From: Squalus acanthias
Taxonomy: Eukaryota
Reading direction: 5' to 3'
Assembly: GCA_030390025.1 (NCBI GenBank)
Contig: CM059443.1
Coordinates: 48,608,001-48,672,000 of the forward strand
DNA: 64,000 nt
Shown here: one piece after another, positions 35,406 to 46,289 of the stretch
How positions within the stretch are numbered: position 1 is the first letter of the stretch
How the letters are laid out: the number at the start of each line of letters is the position of its first letter
The notes under the pieces: generated by a model
Told to the model about the DNA's origin: nothing
Seen by the model: the letters and a program-made list of their open reading frames with translations, nothing else
The model's database searches: none
Program-made: the position numbers and the translations under genes

Positions 35406-37596
35406 CCCGCCAATTTCCCTAACGCCATTTCCCTACAAATACTGATTTCTTTCAGTTCCTCCCTTTCATCAGACCCTATGTTACCCAACATTTCTGGGAG
35501 GTTATTTGTGTCCTCCTTTGTGAAGACAGAACCAAAATATGTATTTAATTTGCCTGACATTTCTTTGCTCCCCATTATCACTTCCCCTGATTTTGACTGC
35601 AAGGGACCTACGCTTGATTTCACTAATCTTTTTCTCTTCACATATCTATAAAAGCTTTTACAGTCAGTTTTTATGTTCCCTGAAAGCTTACTCTCGTATC
35701 CTATTTTCCCCTTCTTAATTAATCCCTTTGTCCTCCTTTGTTGAATCTTAAACTGCTCCCAATCCTCAGGTTTACTGCTTTTTCTGGCCAATTTATATGC
35801 CCTCTCCTTGGATCTTATCCTATCCCTAATTTCCCTTGTTAGCCACGGTTGAGTCACCCTTTTTGTTTTATTCTTATGCCAAACTGGGATGAACAAATTC
35901 TGTAGTTTATCCATGCGGTCTTTGAATGTTTGCCATTGCCTATCCACCGTCAACCCTTTGAGTGACATTCCCCAATCAATCCTACCCAACTCACACCTCA
36001 TACCATCATAGTTTCCTTTATTTAAATTCAGGACCCTAGTCTCTGAGTTAACTACTTCACTCTCCATCCTAATGAAGAATTCTATCATATTATGATCGCT
36101 CTGACCCAAGGGGCCTCGCACAACAAGATTGCTAATTAATCCTTTCTCATTGCATAATACCCAGTCTAAGATGGCCTGATCTCTGGTTGGTTCCTTGACA
36201 TATTGGTCCAGGAAACCATCCCGTAAACACTCCAGGAATTCCTCCTCCATAGTATTGTTACTAATTTGGTTAGCCCAATCTATATGTAGATTAAAGTCAC
36301 CCATGATGACTGCTGTGCCCTTATTGCACGCTTCTCTAATTTCCCTTTTAATGCCATCCCCAACCTCCGCATTACTGTTTGGAGTTCTATATATCACTCC
36401 CACTAATGTTTTCTGCCCCTTGTTATTTCTCAGTTCAACCCATACAGATTCCACATCATCAGAGCTAATATCCTTCCTTTCAATTGTGTTAATCCCCTCT
36501 TTAACCAGCAATGCTACCCCACCTCCCTTTCCTTTTTGCCTATCCTTGCTGAATATTGAGTACCCCTGGATGTTGAGTTCCCAGCCTTGGCCACCCTGGA
36601 GCCATGCTTCGGTAATTCCAATCAAATCATGTTCGTTTACCTCTATTTGCGCAGCTAATTCATCCACCTTGTTCCGAATGCTCCTTGCATTAAGACACAA
36701 AGCCTTCAGGCTTGTTCTTTTAACGCTCTTAGACCTATTAGAATTAGTATTTACTGTGGCCATGTTTGATTTAAACCGTTGTTTTCTCTGACTGCCACTT
36801 TTGTTTTTCTCCTTCCTATCTTTTGCTTTTATCCTTGTTTCCCTTTCCTCTGTCTCCCTGCACAGGTTCCCAACCCCCTGCCATTTTAGTTTAAACCCTC
36901 TCCCAGAGCACTAGCAAACACTCCCCCTAGGACATCGGTCCCGGCCCTGCCCAGGTGTAGACCGTCCGGTTTGTACTGGTCCCACCTCCCCCAGAACCGG
37001 TTCCAATGCCCCAGGAATTTGAATCCCTCCCCCTTGCACCATTCCTCTAGCCACGTATTCATTTGAAATATCCTTCTATTTCTACTCTGACTAGCACGTG
37101 GCACTGGTAGCAATCCTGAGGTTACTACCTTTGAGGTCCTATTTTTTAATTTACCTCCTAACTCCCTATATTCTGCATTTAGGACCTCATCCTGTTTTTT
37201 ACCTATATCGTTGGTACCTATATGCACCACGACAACTGGCTGTTCACCCTCCCCTTCCAAAATGCTCTGTAGCCGCTCTGAGACATCCTTGACCCTTGCA
37301 CCAGGGAGGCAACATACCATCCTGGAGTCTCGTTTGCGGCCGCAGAAACGCCTATCTATTCCCCTTACAATAGAATCCCCTATCACTATAGCTCTCCCAC
37401 TCTTTTTCCTCCCATCCTGTGCAGCAGAACCACCTGCGGTGCTAGGAAGTTGGCTGCTGCTGTCTTCCCCTGATAAGCCATCTCCCTCAACAATATCCAA
37501 AGCGGTATATCTGTTTGAGAGGGGGATGGCCACAGGGGGACCCCTGCACTACCTGCCTGCGCCTATTACTCTGCCTGGTGGTCACCCATTCCCTTC
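35406..37596 (-). mobile_element. CR1 LINE (ORF1 esterase plus ORF2 endonuclease half), running into the gap; inserted in an exon of receptor copy A
   Basis: ORF1 36886-37533 (SNRY, GDSI, HIGTND, DGLHL). ORF2 is open from 36763 to the gap (LNARS, VIYRTP, MGDFN, SDH). Confidence 0.95.
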
Positions 37597-37760
37597 CAAA
37601 CAGTACACATGCTCTGTAGAGTCAGACTTTGGGCCAGTGCTCTCCATTCCTTCACCAGGCCTTGGCTGGCTCGATGGCGTTGGAACTCTCATCACCGAGT
37701 ACGCAACATGCTCGTTGTCATCGCTCTGATCCCTTCTGGGAACCACAGAGTACAGGAAAC
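37582..37760 (-). CDS. IgSF receptor copy A, cytoplasmic tyrosine exon (truncated by CR1, new stop inside the LINE)
   Basis: Acceptor TCCTTCTGTCTAG|GT. FLYSVV...VAYSVM...HVYCL, then LINE-derived EGNG*. Nearly identical to copy B up to 37597. Confidence 0.8.
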
Positions 37761-37854
37761 CTAGACAGAAGGACGAGTAGACGATGTGTGCTTTTAGTTT
37801 CAACTCTCAAAGGGACAGGCTCGGAAGAGCTGGGCAGTAATTCTAGTCACTTAC

Positions 37855-37889
37855 ATTCAGCCACCTGTGTCAGCTGCACATCACCAGCC
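37855..37889 (-). CDS. IgSF receptor copy A, 35-nt cytoplasmic exon (AGDVQLTQVAE)
   Basis: TTTTCTTTACTAACTGTAG| ... |GTAAGT. Phase 2 to 1 fits its neighbours and it is conserved in copy B. Confidence 0.75.
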
Positions 37890-37986
37890 CTACAGTTAGT
37901 AAAGAAAAGCAACCTGTAAATGTTCCATTAAATGAGGAAAACTATACAGAAAGTCTGCCCGAAAACTGAACGAATCCCATCCCTAC

Positions 37987-38008
37987 CTGGGTCCTGGTGC
38001 AGAGGATC
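37987..38008 (-). CDS. IgSF receptor copy A, 22-nt cytoplasmic exon (SSAPGP)
   Basis: AAG|GATCC...CCCAG|GTAGG. Phase 1 to 2 is required to join the TM exon and the next exon; conserved in copy B. Confidence 0.65.
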
Positions 38009-38118
38009 CTTCACAACACATGCCATAAGATTGGAAAGATAAATTTAAAAATCTTTGTAAGGAGTCTGCACTTCCAATTTTCCAGATTTAGAGCAAACAT
38101 TTTAAAGCTCTTGCTTAC

Positions 38119-38256
38119 CTTTGGCAGCTTGTCGTTTCCTTCGGATTATGCAAAGTGCCCCAACAATGCAAAGTACCCCAACAATGCAAAGTACCCCAAC
38201 AATGCAAATGATCACAACCGCACACGCTATGACTACTTTCACAGGTGTGGCAGTGA
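38119..38256 (-). CDS. IgSF receptor copy A, transmembrane exon
   Basis: TATPVKVVIACAVVIICIVGVLCIVGVLCIVGALCII-RRKRQAAK, donor AAG|GTAAGC. Assumes an AG 6 nt downstream of the mutated ancestral acceptor. Confidence 0.8.
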
Positions 38257-38336
38257 CTGGACGTGCAGAGGAGAAGCAACATTAAGTTCAGTCTGTGCAA
38301 TCCCGTGTTATATGTACAGCTGATCACACTGGTTAC

Positions 38337-38369
38337 CTGGGCTGAGGAACAGACATTTCTGGTTAGAAT
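38337..38369 (-). CDS. IgSF receptor copy A, 33-nt stalk exon (NSNQKCLFLSP)
   Basis: CTATTCCAG| ... CCAG|GTAACC, symmetric phase 1, conserved in copy B. Confidence 0.65.
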
Positions 38370-38506
38370 CTGGAATAGTGCAATGGCGGAGGAAGTAAAT
38401 CAAAGCAACTTATAACGGCAACAAACTGTACGACTGATCTGGAATCTCTCAGTTTGAATTATTGATATTAAAAGATCCACATCATATTCTAGATTGTATC
38501 ACTTAC

Positions 38507-38989
38507 TTTGAGTATTTGTACGAGTTAAGTTGCTGGTCACTGAGGAGATTCCAGATGTTGAGGTGGGGGTGTCTGAAGTCTCTGCACTCGCCTCTGTCAC
38601 AGTAAGGGAGATGTTTGCTGCAATCTTCCAGACAGGTTTCCCTGAATCCTGACCGTGGACAGCACAGAGATACCTCCCAGTGTCCACCACATCTGCTGAG
38701 TGAATAGTAAGTTTGTGAGACTGGCGTCTAGCAGTAGGATTGTCTGAGCTTTGGGCAGAGATTCTTTGTGACGATTTTCTATCCACACAGCAGCGTGTGT
38801 TAGAATGTGCCTTATAATTCTCAATGTGAACAGAGTGCAGACACTTGTTGATGTTTCCAGATCTGATCCAAAACAGAGTGAAGGCGAGGTTTTTTATATT
38901 CTCAAACTGGCAGGGTAAAGTCACATTTTCTCCCTTTGACACTGTCAGCGACCAGGAGTTTTCTTCAGTAGAAAATATTTCATCCGAAT
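38507..38989 (-). CDS. IgSF receptor copy A, V-set Ig domain plus S/T-rich stalk exon
   Basis: GENVTLPC...LFWIR...RI...LTIHSADVVDTGRYLC...ISLTVT. Acceptor TTTATAG|AT, donor A|GTAAGT, 483 nt, phase 1-1. Confidence 0.93.
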
Positions 38990-39474
38990 CTATAAACAAC
39001 ATTGAAAAGAACCTTTGTTACTAATTATTTAGAAGTGCTGTTCCCACATGTTATCCAGCTGTTTGATGTAAGTGTGAGTCTGACTGTAACTAGCTGTATT
39101 ATCAGCAGTGGAGACAGCAGGCGTGGGCCAGGGCCAAATCCTTGTTTGGAATATTTGTCTGATTTTCCCACCGTTAGATTAAACATTCCCCAGCTAGAGG
39201 CAGATTGTGTAAGATCAGGAAACACTCGGGGACTGAGAGCAAGGAGTGATAAGACAGGACAAATAATGAAAGATCGAACACACAAAGGCAAAAGACAGGG
39301 GCAGACACTAAAGGACAGAGACAAGGGGGGGAGACTTCAAACTCGCTTCTCTGTATCTCGATACCTGGGAATTTTATCCCCCCCCCCCCGCCCAGATATT
39401 TCCCCAATACCTCCCCTGATATCTCCTCCGATACTTCCCCAATCCCTCCCCCGATATTGCCCCAGTACACGTAC

Positions 39475-39879
39475 CACTCTGGATTATCACAAAGAACAAG
39501 TCGTGGTTTTCACATCCCTCTCCTGACAGTGTGAGCCAGGACGGACACTTCGATGATCCTCTTTCTGTGGAATCCTGAGCCGAGCAGGTAAATACCGTCA
39601 AGTTAACCGTCTTCACATCGAATGTCAGAGACTGAGACTCCGTTTGTTCTTCATTTAATTTGCATTTTCTACACTCTGGCTTACTCTGCCTGTTTGTCCA
39701 ATTAAGACTGATGTTTTCACAAAATTGCATTTCCTTCTCTTTATTCTCACATGTATTGTCAATTTCTGCTCCGAGATCAGTGGAGCTGCACAAGGTTACA
39801 TCATCCCCAGCACCAGTGGGCACGTTGCATTGCAGAGTGGTGACATCTCCTGCTCCTCGGGAGAAGAGATAAGTGGATC
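39475..39879 (-). CDS. IgSF receptor copy A, N-terminal atypical Cys-rich Ig-like domain exon
   Basis: Acceptor CCCTTTCCCTGCAG|GA, donor G|GTACGT, 405 nt, phase 1-1. GDVTTLQC...SLTF...VFTCSA with 9 Cys. Confidence 0.82.
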
Positions 39880-40207
39880 CTGCAGGGAAAGGGCAGAATC
39901 GGATAGAGATAAATAACATTCCACACAGGAAAGATCATTAAACACTCAATGTGACACAAGCCTCTCACAGTAAATGAGCCTAGATAGACCCCCACCACCC
40001 CCTTTACACATTGTGATAGACTGCCCTCCCATTACACAGTCTGAATCCAGTCCACACCACCCCCTCTCCCTGCCTCCATCACACAGGCCTGGACAGAGAT
40101 CCCACCCCCACCATAACACATTCTGATCGAGACCTCACTCCCATCCCCATCACAGCCTGAATAGAGATCTTTCACTGAGCCTGATTACAGTCATACAGAG
40201 TACATAG

Positions 40208-41220
40208 GTTGAGGTTGTTGGAAGTCAATCATCTCAGCTCCAGGTCATCGCTCCATGAGTTCATCAGGGCAGTGTCCAAGGCCCAACCATCTTCAGCTGC
40301 TTCATCAATGACCTTCCCTCCATCATGAAGTGGCACGTGGGACTGTTCACTGATGATTGCACAGTGTTCAGCTCCATTTCCAATTCCTCAGATAATGAAG
40401 CAGTCCGTGCCTGCATGCAGCAAGACCTGGACAACATCCAGGCTTGGGCTGATAAGTGATAAGTAACAGTCACACCACATAATGACCATCTCCAACAAGA
40501 GAGAGCCTAACCACCTGCCCTTGACATTTGATGGCATTACCATCATCGACTCTCCCACCATTAACATCCCGGGGTCACCATTGACCAGAGACTTAGCTGC
40601 AACAACCACATAAATACTGTGGATACTAGGGCAGGTCAGAGGCTGGGTACTCTGCGGCAACTGGCTCACCTGACTCCCCAAAGCCTTTCCACCACCTATA
40701 AGGCACATGTCAGGAGAATGATGAAATACACTCCACTTACGTGGATGAGTGCAGCTCCAAAAACACTCAGGAAACTCAACACCATCCAGGACAAAGCAGT
40801 CCACTTGATCGGCTCCCTATCCGTCCCCTTAAACATTCACTCCCTCCACCACTGGCGCACCATGGCTGCAGTGTGTACCATCTACATGATAGTACCTCGC
40901 CAAGGCTTCTACGGCAGTATCTCCCAAACCCCCGACCTTCACCACCTATAAGGACAAGGGCAGCAGGTGCTTGGGAACACCATCACCTCTAAGTTTCCTT
41001 AAAAGTCGCACAACATTCTGACTTGGAAATATATTGCTGTTCCTTCATTGTCGCTGGGTCAAAATCCTAGAATTGCCTCCCTAACAGCATTGTGGAGCAC
41101 CTTCACCATTTGGAGTGCAGAAGAAAGGCCAAACCCAACTGACCTTCTCAATGGCAACTAGGGATTGGGCAATAAATGCCGGAATTGCCAGTGACACCCA
41201 CATCCCGAAGAAAGATAAAA
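40208..41220 (+). mobile_element. LINE family B 3' fragment in intron 1 of copy A
   Basis: Degenerate VPQGSV.GPTIFSCFINDL region and GGGCAATAAATGCCGG..CCCACATCCC tail. Confidence 0.85.
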
Positions 41221-41898
41221 TAAATATGAAGTAATCATCCACTTAATGAGGGAACTTAATTTAAGACGTGGCATTGAATACTGGTTCCTAACTTTCAGGG
41301 AGATTATAATAACTGATAATAGGTGTGAGGACATTAGTTAGTCCTGTAAAAGGAAAACTTCTGGGTAAATATTATCTTTTTAGTTGGGGTTTCTGTAGAA
41401 GGAGGGAATTAGCTGAAGTTGAATGGTGCAGACCAGAGAGATATTTATAATTAAAAGTATCACTTGATGGAGAGCAATTATATGTAACAAGAGCCGAATT
41501 ATTTATAAGGTAATGAAGTAGAGTTATACCAATCTCGTTAGCCGAATGGAAAAAGAGCTCGTTATTTAGGAAACCAGCAGTTAGGTAAAGTTATCGATAA
41601 GAACTCAGTTCAATTAGACTCTCCTTATATGGAGTTATTTTTCAATGCAGAAATGTGCAAATTGTCACATAGTCGGAGTGAGGGGTAAGTACAAAAAGTG
41701 GCAGAGTGTAATCAGTATTTGGATTCGAAGGGGTTTGATTGGCCTAAAACACTGAACATTAACGCGTTTGAGTCGCCAGCCATCAGCTCTTGTAAATTCT
41801 TGTGGCTCTTTGCCAGAATCAACTCACGGCCTCGCTCTCCCCACAGTGCTCCTGTCTCTTTCACAACTTCAAATGTTTATCCAATTCTCACTTAAATG

Positions 41899-42620
41899 AT
41901 AGAATCATAGAATCATAGAAAGTTACTGCACGGAAGCAGGCCATTTCGGCCCATCGTGTCTGCGCCGGCCAACAAAGAGCTATCCAGTCTAATCCCACTT
42001 CCCAGCTCTTGGTCCGTAGCCCTGCAGGTTACAGCATCCCAAGTGCACATCCAAGTACTTTTTAAATGTGGTTAGGGTTTCTGCCTCTACCACCCTTTCA
42101 GGCAGTGAGTTCCAGACCCCCACAACCGTCTGGGTTAAGAAATTCCCATCAAATCCCCTCTAAACCTTCCACCAATTACTTCAAATCTGTGCCCCCTGGT
42201 TTTTGACCCCTCTGCTAAGGGAAATAGGTCCTTTTTGTCCACTTTATCTCGGCCCCTCATCATTTTATACACCTCAATAAGGTCTCCCCTCAGCCTCCTC
42301 TGTTCCAAGGAAAACAAACCCAGCCTATCCAGTCTTTCCTCATAGCTACGATTCTCTACTCCCGGCAACATCCTTGCAAATCTCCTCTGTACCCTTTCTA
42401 GTGCAATTATATCTTTCCTGTAATATGGTGACCAGAACTGCACGCAGTACTCTAGCTGAGGCCTAACTAGTGTTTTATACAGTTGATAAGATCCAAAGCT
42501 CTCTGCCTCAACCATTCGCTGTGGTAAAGCATTCCCTGCTCCAACAACCCTCTGTGTAAAGACATTTCTCCTAACCTCTCTCCTCACTGTCTTAGTGCCA
42601 TTTTTAAACTGATGACCCGT
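41899..42620 (-). mobile_element. CR1 3' fragments with an (ATAGAATC)n tail
   Basis: YKTLVRPQLEYCVQFWSP...RRLRGDLIEVYK; tail at 41899-41920. Confidence 0.9.
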
Positions 42621-42746
42621 GATTAATCCGTGTTAAAATGCCGCAGCAAGTACTGTGATGCGAGCACATTAAACATATTCACAAGAACACCACTGTTTTA
42701 TATCCTTATCCTAAGCTGAAGATTAACTGAAAGTATTACTCCTTAC

Positions 42747-42801
42747 CTGTAACATGTTGGAACAGAAGGAAAAGACCCACAAACACAGCACCGAGCGCCA
42801 T
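42747..42801 (-). CDS. IgSF receptor copy A, signal-peptide exon (MALGAVFVGLFLLFQHVT-G)
   Basis: GAAATGG Kozak context, hydrophobic 18-mer and phase-1 donor CAG|GTAAGG, typical of IgSF leader exons. Confidence 0.85.
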
Positions 42802-42869
42802 TTCACATTCCTAGCTCGTTCTTTGCTCTTCAGAAGCTGGGTGGCTGTTTCACCATCACATTCTGATCT

Positions 42870-43022
42870 GTGAGATAAAGAGAGAAGTGTAACTTTTGAT
42901 GATGGTGGAAGAGAAAAGCAGCTTCCTGTTTGATCAACTCAGATGATATGTGTGCACTGACATTGTATTAATGGGCCTGGGGACAGAGTTTGGGCTGTTC
43001 GTTCAACCCTCCAACCACAGAA
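42870..43022 (-). promoter_or_regulatory. Putative TATA-less haematopoietic-type promoter of copy A
   Basis: GATA site AGATAA (about 42873), ETS site ACAGGAAG (about 42922-42929, minus) and RUNX site AACCACA (about 43013), all within 220 nt of the ATG. Motif matches only. Confidence 0.35.
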
Positions 43023-43299
43023 GTGTCTGGAGAGGTGAGAGGCTCTGAAATACAAAGTGTACACTATGAGTGTGCCACTGTGCACCACAGTGATAGTGGG
43101 TAACACACTCGGCAGACATGTTAACAGCCCCCTGTTACGATGTAGATAATAACCATCTGGAGCACAAGAGCTTTTAGTCAACAGTAACATTGGGTCACTC
43201 CCACTCTCGGAGAGGATTAACATGGGGGACAGTTTGGATGTTGGGTTACAAGATCACAACATCAATACAGATGAGAGCGTTAGCTCCTCCCCTATCATG

Positions 43300-46010
43300 C
43301 TATAGAATGGTTACAGCACAGAAGGAGGCCATTCGGCCTGTCGAGCCCGTGCCGGGTCTCTGCAAGAGCACTTCAGCTCGTCCCACTCCCCCGCCGTTTC
43401 CCCGTGGCCCTGCAATTGTTTTCCTTCAGGTACTTATCCAATTCCCTTTTGAAAGCCACGATTGAGTCTGCCTCCACCATCCTTTCAGGCAGTGCATTCC
43501 AGATCCTAACCACTGCCTGCGTAAAAAAGTTTTTCCTTATGTCGCATTTGGTTCTTCTGCCAATCACCTTAAATCTGTGTCCTCTGGTTCTCGACCCTTC
43601 CACCAATGGGAACAGTTTCTCTCTATCTACTCTGTCCAGACCCCTCATGATTTTGAACACCTCTATCAAATCTCCTCTCAACCTTCTCTGTTCTAAGGAG
43701 AACAATCCCAGCTTCTCCAGTCTATCCACGTAACTGAAGCCCCTCATCCTGGAACCATTCTCATGAATCTTTTCTGCACCCTCTCTAAGGCCGACACATC
43801 CTTCCTAAAGTGCGGTTCCCAGAATTGGACACAATACTCCAGTTGAGGCCGAACCAATGTTTTATACAGGTTCATCATAACTTCCTTGCTTTTGTACTCT
43901 ATACCTCTATTTATAAAGCCTGTAAGCTTTTTTAACCACTTTCTCAACCTGCCCTGCCATCTTCAACGATTTGTGCACATATACCCCCAGGTCTCTCTGT
44001 TCATGCACGCCCTTTAGGATTGTACCCTATACTTTATGTTGCCTCTCCTCGTTCTTCCTACCAAAATATATCACTTCGCACTTTTCTGCGTTAAATTTCA
44101 AATGCCACGTGTCCACCTATTTCACCAGCCTATCTATGTATTTTTGAAGTCGTAGCCCTATCCTCCTCACTGTTCGCTATACTTCCAAGTTTTGTGCAAA
44201 TTTGAAATTGTGCCGTGTACACCCATGTCCAAGTCATTAATATATATCAAGAAAAGCAGAGGTGCTAGTACTGACCCCTGGGGAACACCACTGTATATCT
44301 TCCTCTCATCCGAAAAACAACCGTTCACCACTACTCTCTGTTTCCTGTCACTTAGCCAATTTTGTATCCATGCTGCCACTGTCCCTTTTATTCCATGAGC
44401 TTCAACTTTGCTGGCAAGCCTACAATGTGGCACTTTATCAAACTCCTTTTGGACGTCTATGTTCACCACGTCAACCGCATTGCCCTCATCAACCCTTTCT
44501 GTTACCTCATCAAAAAACTCGATTAAGTTAGTTAAACATGATTTGCCTTTAAGAAATCCATGCTGCCTTTCCTTAATTACTCCACACTTGTCCAAGTGAC
44601 TGTTCATTTTGTCCCTGATTATCGTTTCTAAAAGCTTCCCCACTACTGAAGTTAAACTGACTGGCCTGTAGTTGCTGGGTTTATCCTTACACCCTTTTTT
44701 GAACAAGGGTGTAACATTTGTAATTCTCCAGTCCTCTGGCACCACTCCTGTATCGAAGGAGGATTGGAAGATTATGGCCAGTACCTCCGCAATTTCCACC
44801 TTAACTTCCCTCAGCATCCTAGGATGCATCCCATCCGGTCCTGGTGACTTATCTACTTTAAATACAGCCAACCTTTCTAGTACCTCTTCTTTATCAATTT
44901 TTATCCCATCCAGTATCTCCACTACCTCCTCTTTCACTATGACTTTGGCAGCATCTTCTTCCTTGGTGAAGACAGATGCAAAGTACTCGATCAGTACCTC
45001 AGCCCTTTTATGAGCCATGTCTCCAGTATCGCCATGACATCATATTCCCATGTGGCTATTTGCTCCTGCAGCTCCCCAACCTTATTCACCAGGCTTCGTG
45101 CATTTACACACATGCACTGCAAACCTCTCTTAGACCTTCTTATATTCTCTCTTAGTCTGACACCACCTAATACCTTACTATTTCTTATCTAGTGCTACCT
45201 GTCTCTCCCAACCCTTTGTGCACTTTGTTTCTCCCTTCGAATGGAACATCCTGGTTCCCATCACCCTGCAAAATTAGTTCAAACCCTCCCCAACAGCACT
45301 AGCAACCTCTCCGCCCCACCCCGCGAGGATATTGGTCTCGGCTCTTTTGAGGTGCAACCCGTCTGGCCTGTACAGGTCCCACCTCCCCCAGAACCAGTCC
45401 CAATGTCCCATGAATCTAAAGCCCTCCCTCCCACACCATTTCTCCAGCCACGCATTCATCTGCTCTATTCTCCTATTTCTATACTCAGTAGCTCATGGCA
45501 CCGGGAGTAAGCCGGAGATTACTACCTTTGAGGTCATGCTTTTTAATCTCTTTCCTAGCTCCCTAAAATCTGCCTGCAAGGCCTCATCCCTCTTTCTACC
45601 TATGTCGTTGATACCGATATGCACCACGACCTCTGGCTGCTCCCCCTCCCCCCTCAGAATGTTCTGCAGCCACTCAGTGACACCCTTGACCCTGGCACCA
45701 GGGAGGCAACATACCATCCTGGAACCACATCTGCAGGCGCAGAAACGCCAAGCCGTTCCGCCAACTATCGAATCCCCTACCACTATTGCCTCTGTACAGC
45801 TGAGCCACCCGTGGTGCTGTGGACTTGGCTCTGGCTGTACTCCCCAGAGGAACTACTGCCCTCACCAGTATACCAGTTAGAGAGTGAGATGCACTCAGGG
45901 GACTCCTGCACTACCTGCCTGGTCCTCCTTGTCTGTCTGACGGTCACCCATTCCCTCTCTGCCAGCACACTCCTACGCTGCGGCGTGACCACCTTCTGAA
46001 ACGTGCTATC
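43300..46010 (-). mobile_element. Internally deleted CR1 (RT and C-terminus 43300-45010 joined to ORF1 esterase 45270-46010)
   Basis: RT pieces at 43373-43747, 43744-43947 and 44167-45018. ORF1 pieces GDSIV..LPGA..HIGIND and DGLHL. Confidence 0.9.
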
Positions 46011-46289
46011 TTTCCAGGTCTGCGCTGTCCTCAGGCTCTGTTTAAGTACTGTCGCCGGTCCTGCCGCTTATTTCCAGGATCTAACTGGGTCTTGAATAAA
46101 TCGAAGGTCTCCCTCTCCACTTCCTTACCAGCAACAACAGTCCAAGTGGTGGTCAGTCTTTGTGTGAAGACATTCTTCACAATGTCTGTGTTCAAATTGA
46201 TTTTCACCAGTTTTAGCTCAAACACATTGTTCTGGTATCTTGACTTACTGTCAAGTAGAGTCTGGATTGCTGGATCCACAGGGTTCCAT

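Noticed and set aside
35043-35651. ORFs spanning the N gaps (also 54231-54686)
   Set aside because: They are open only because N codons are not stops.
38499-39002. Rearranging Ig/TCR/NAR V segment
   Set aside because: No RSS heptamer/nonamer was seen after the V region and there is no FGxG J motif. The G strand and stalk are encoded in the same exon.
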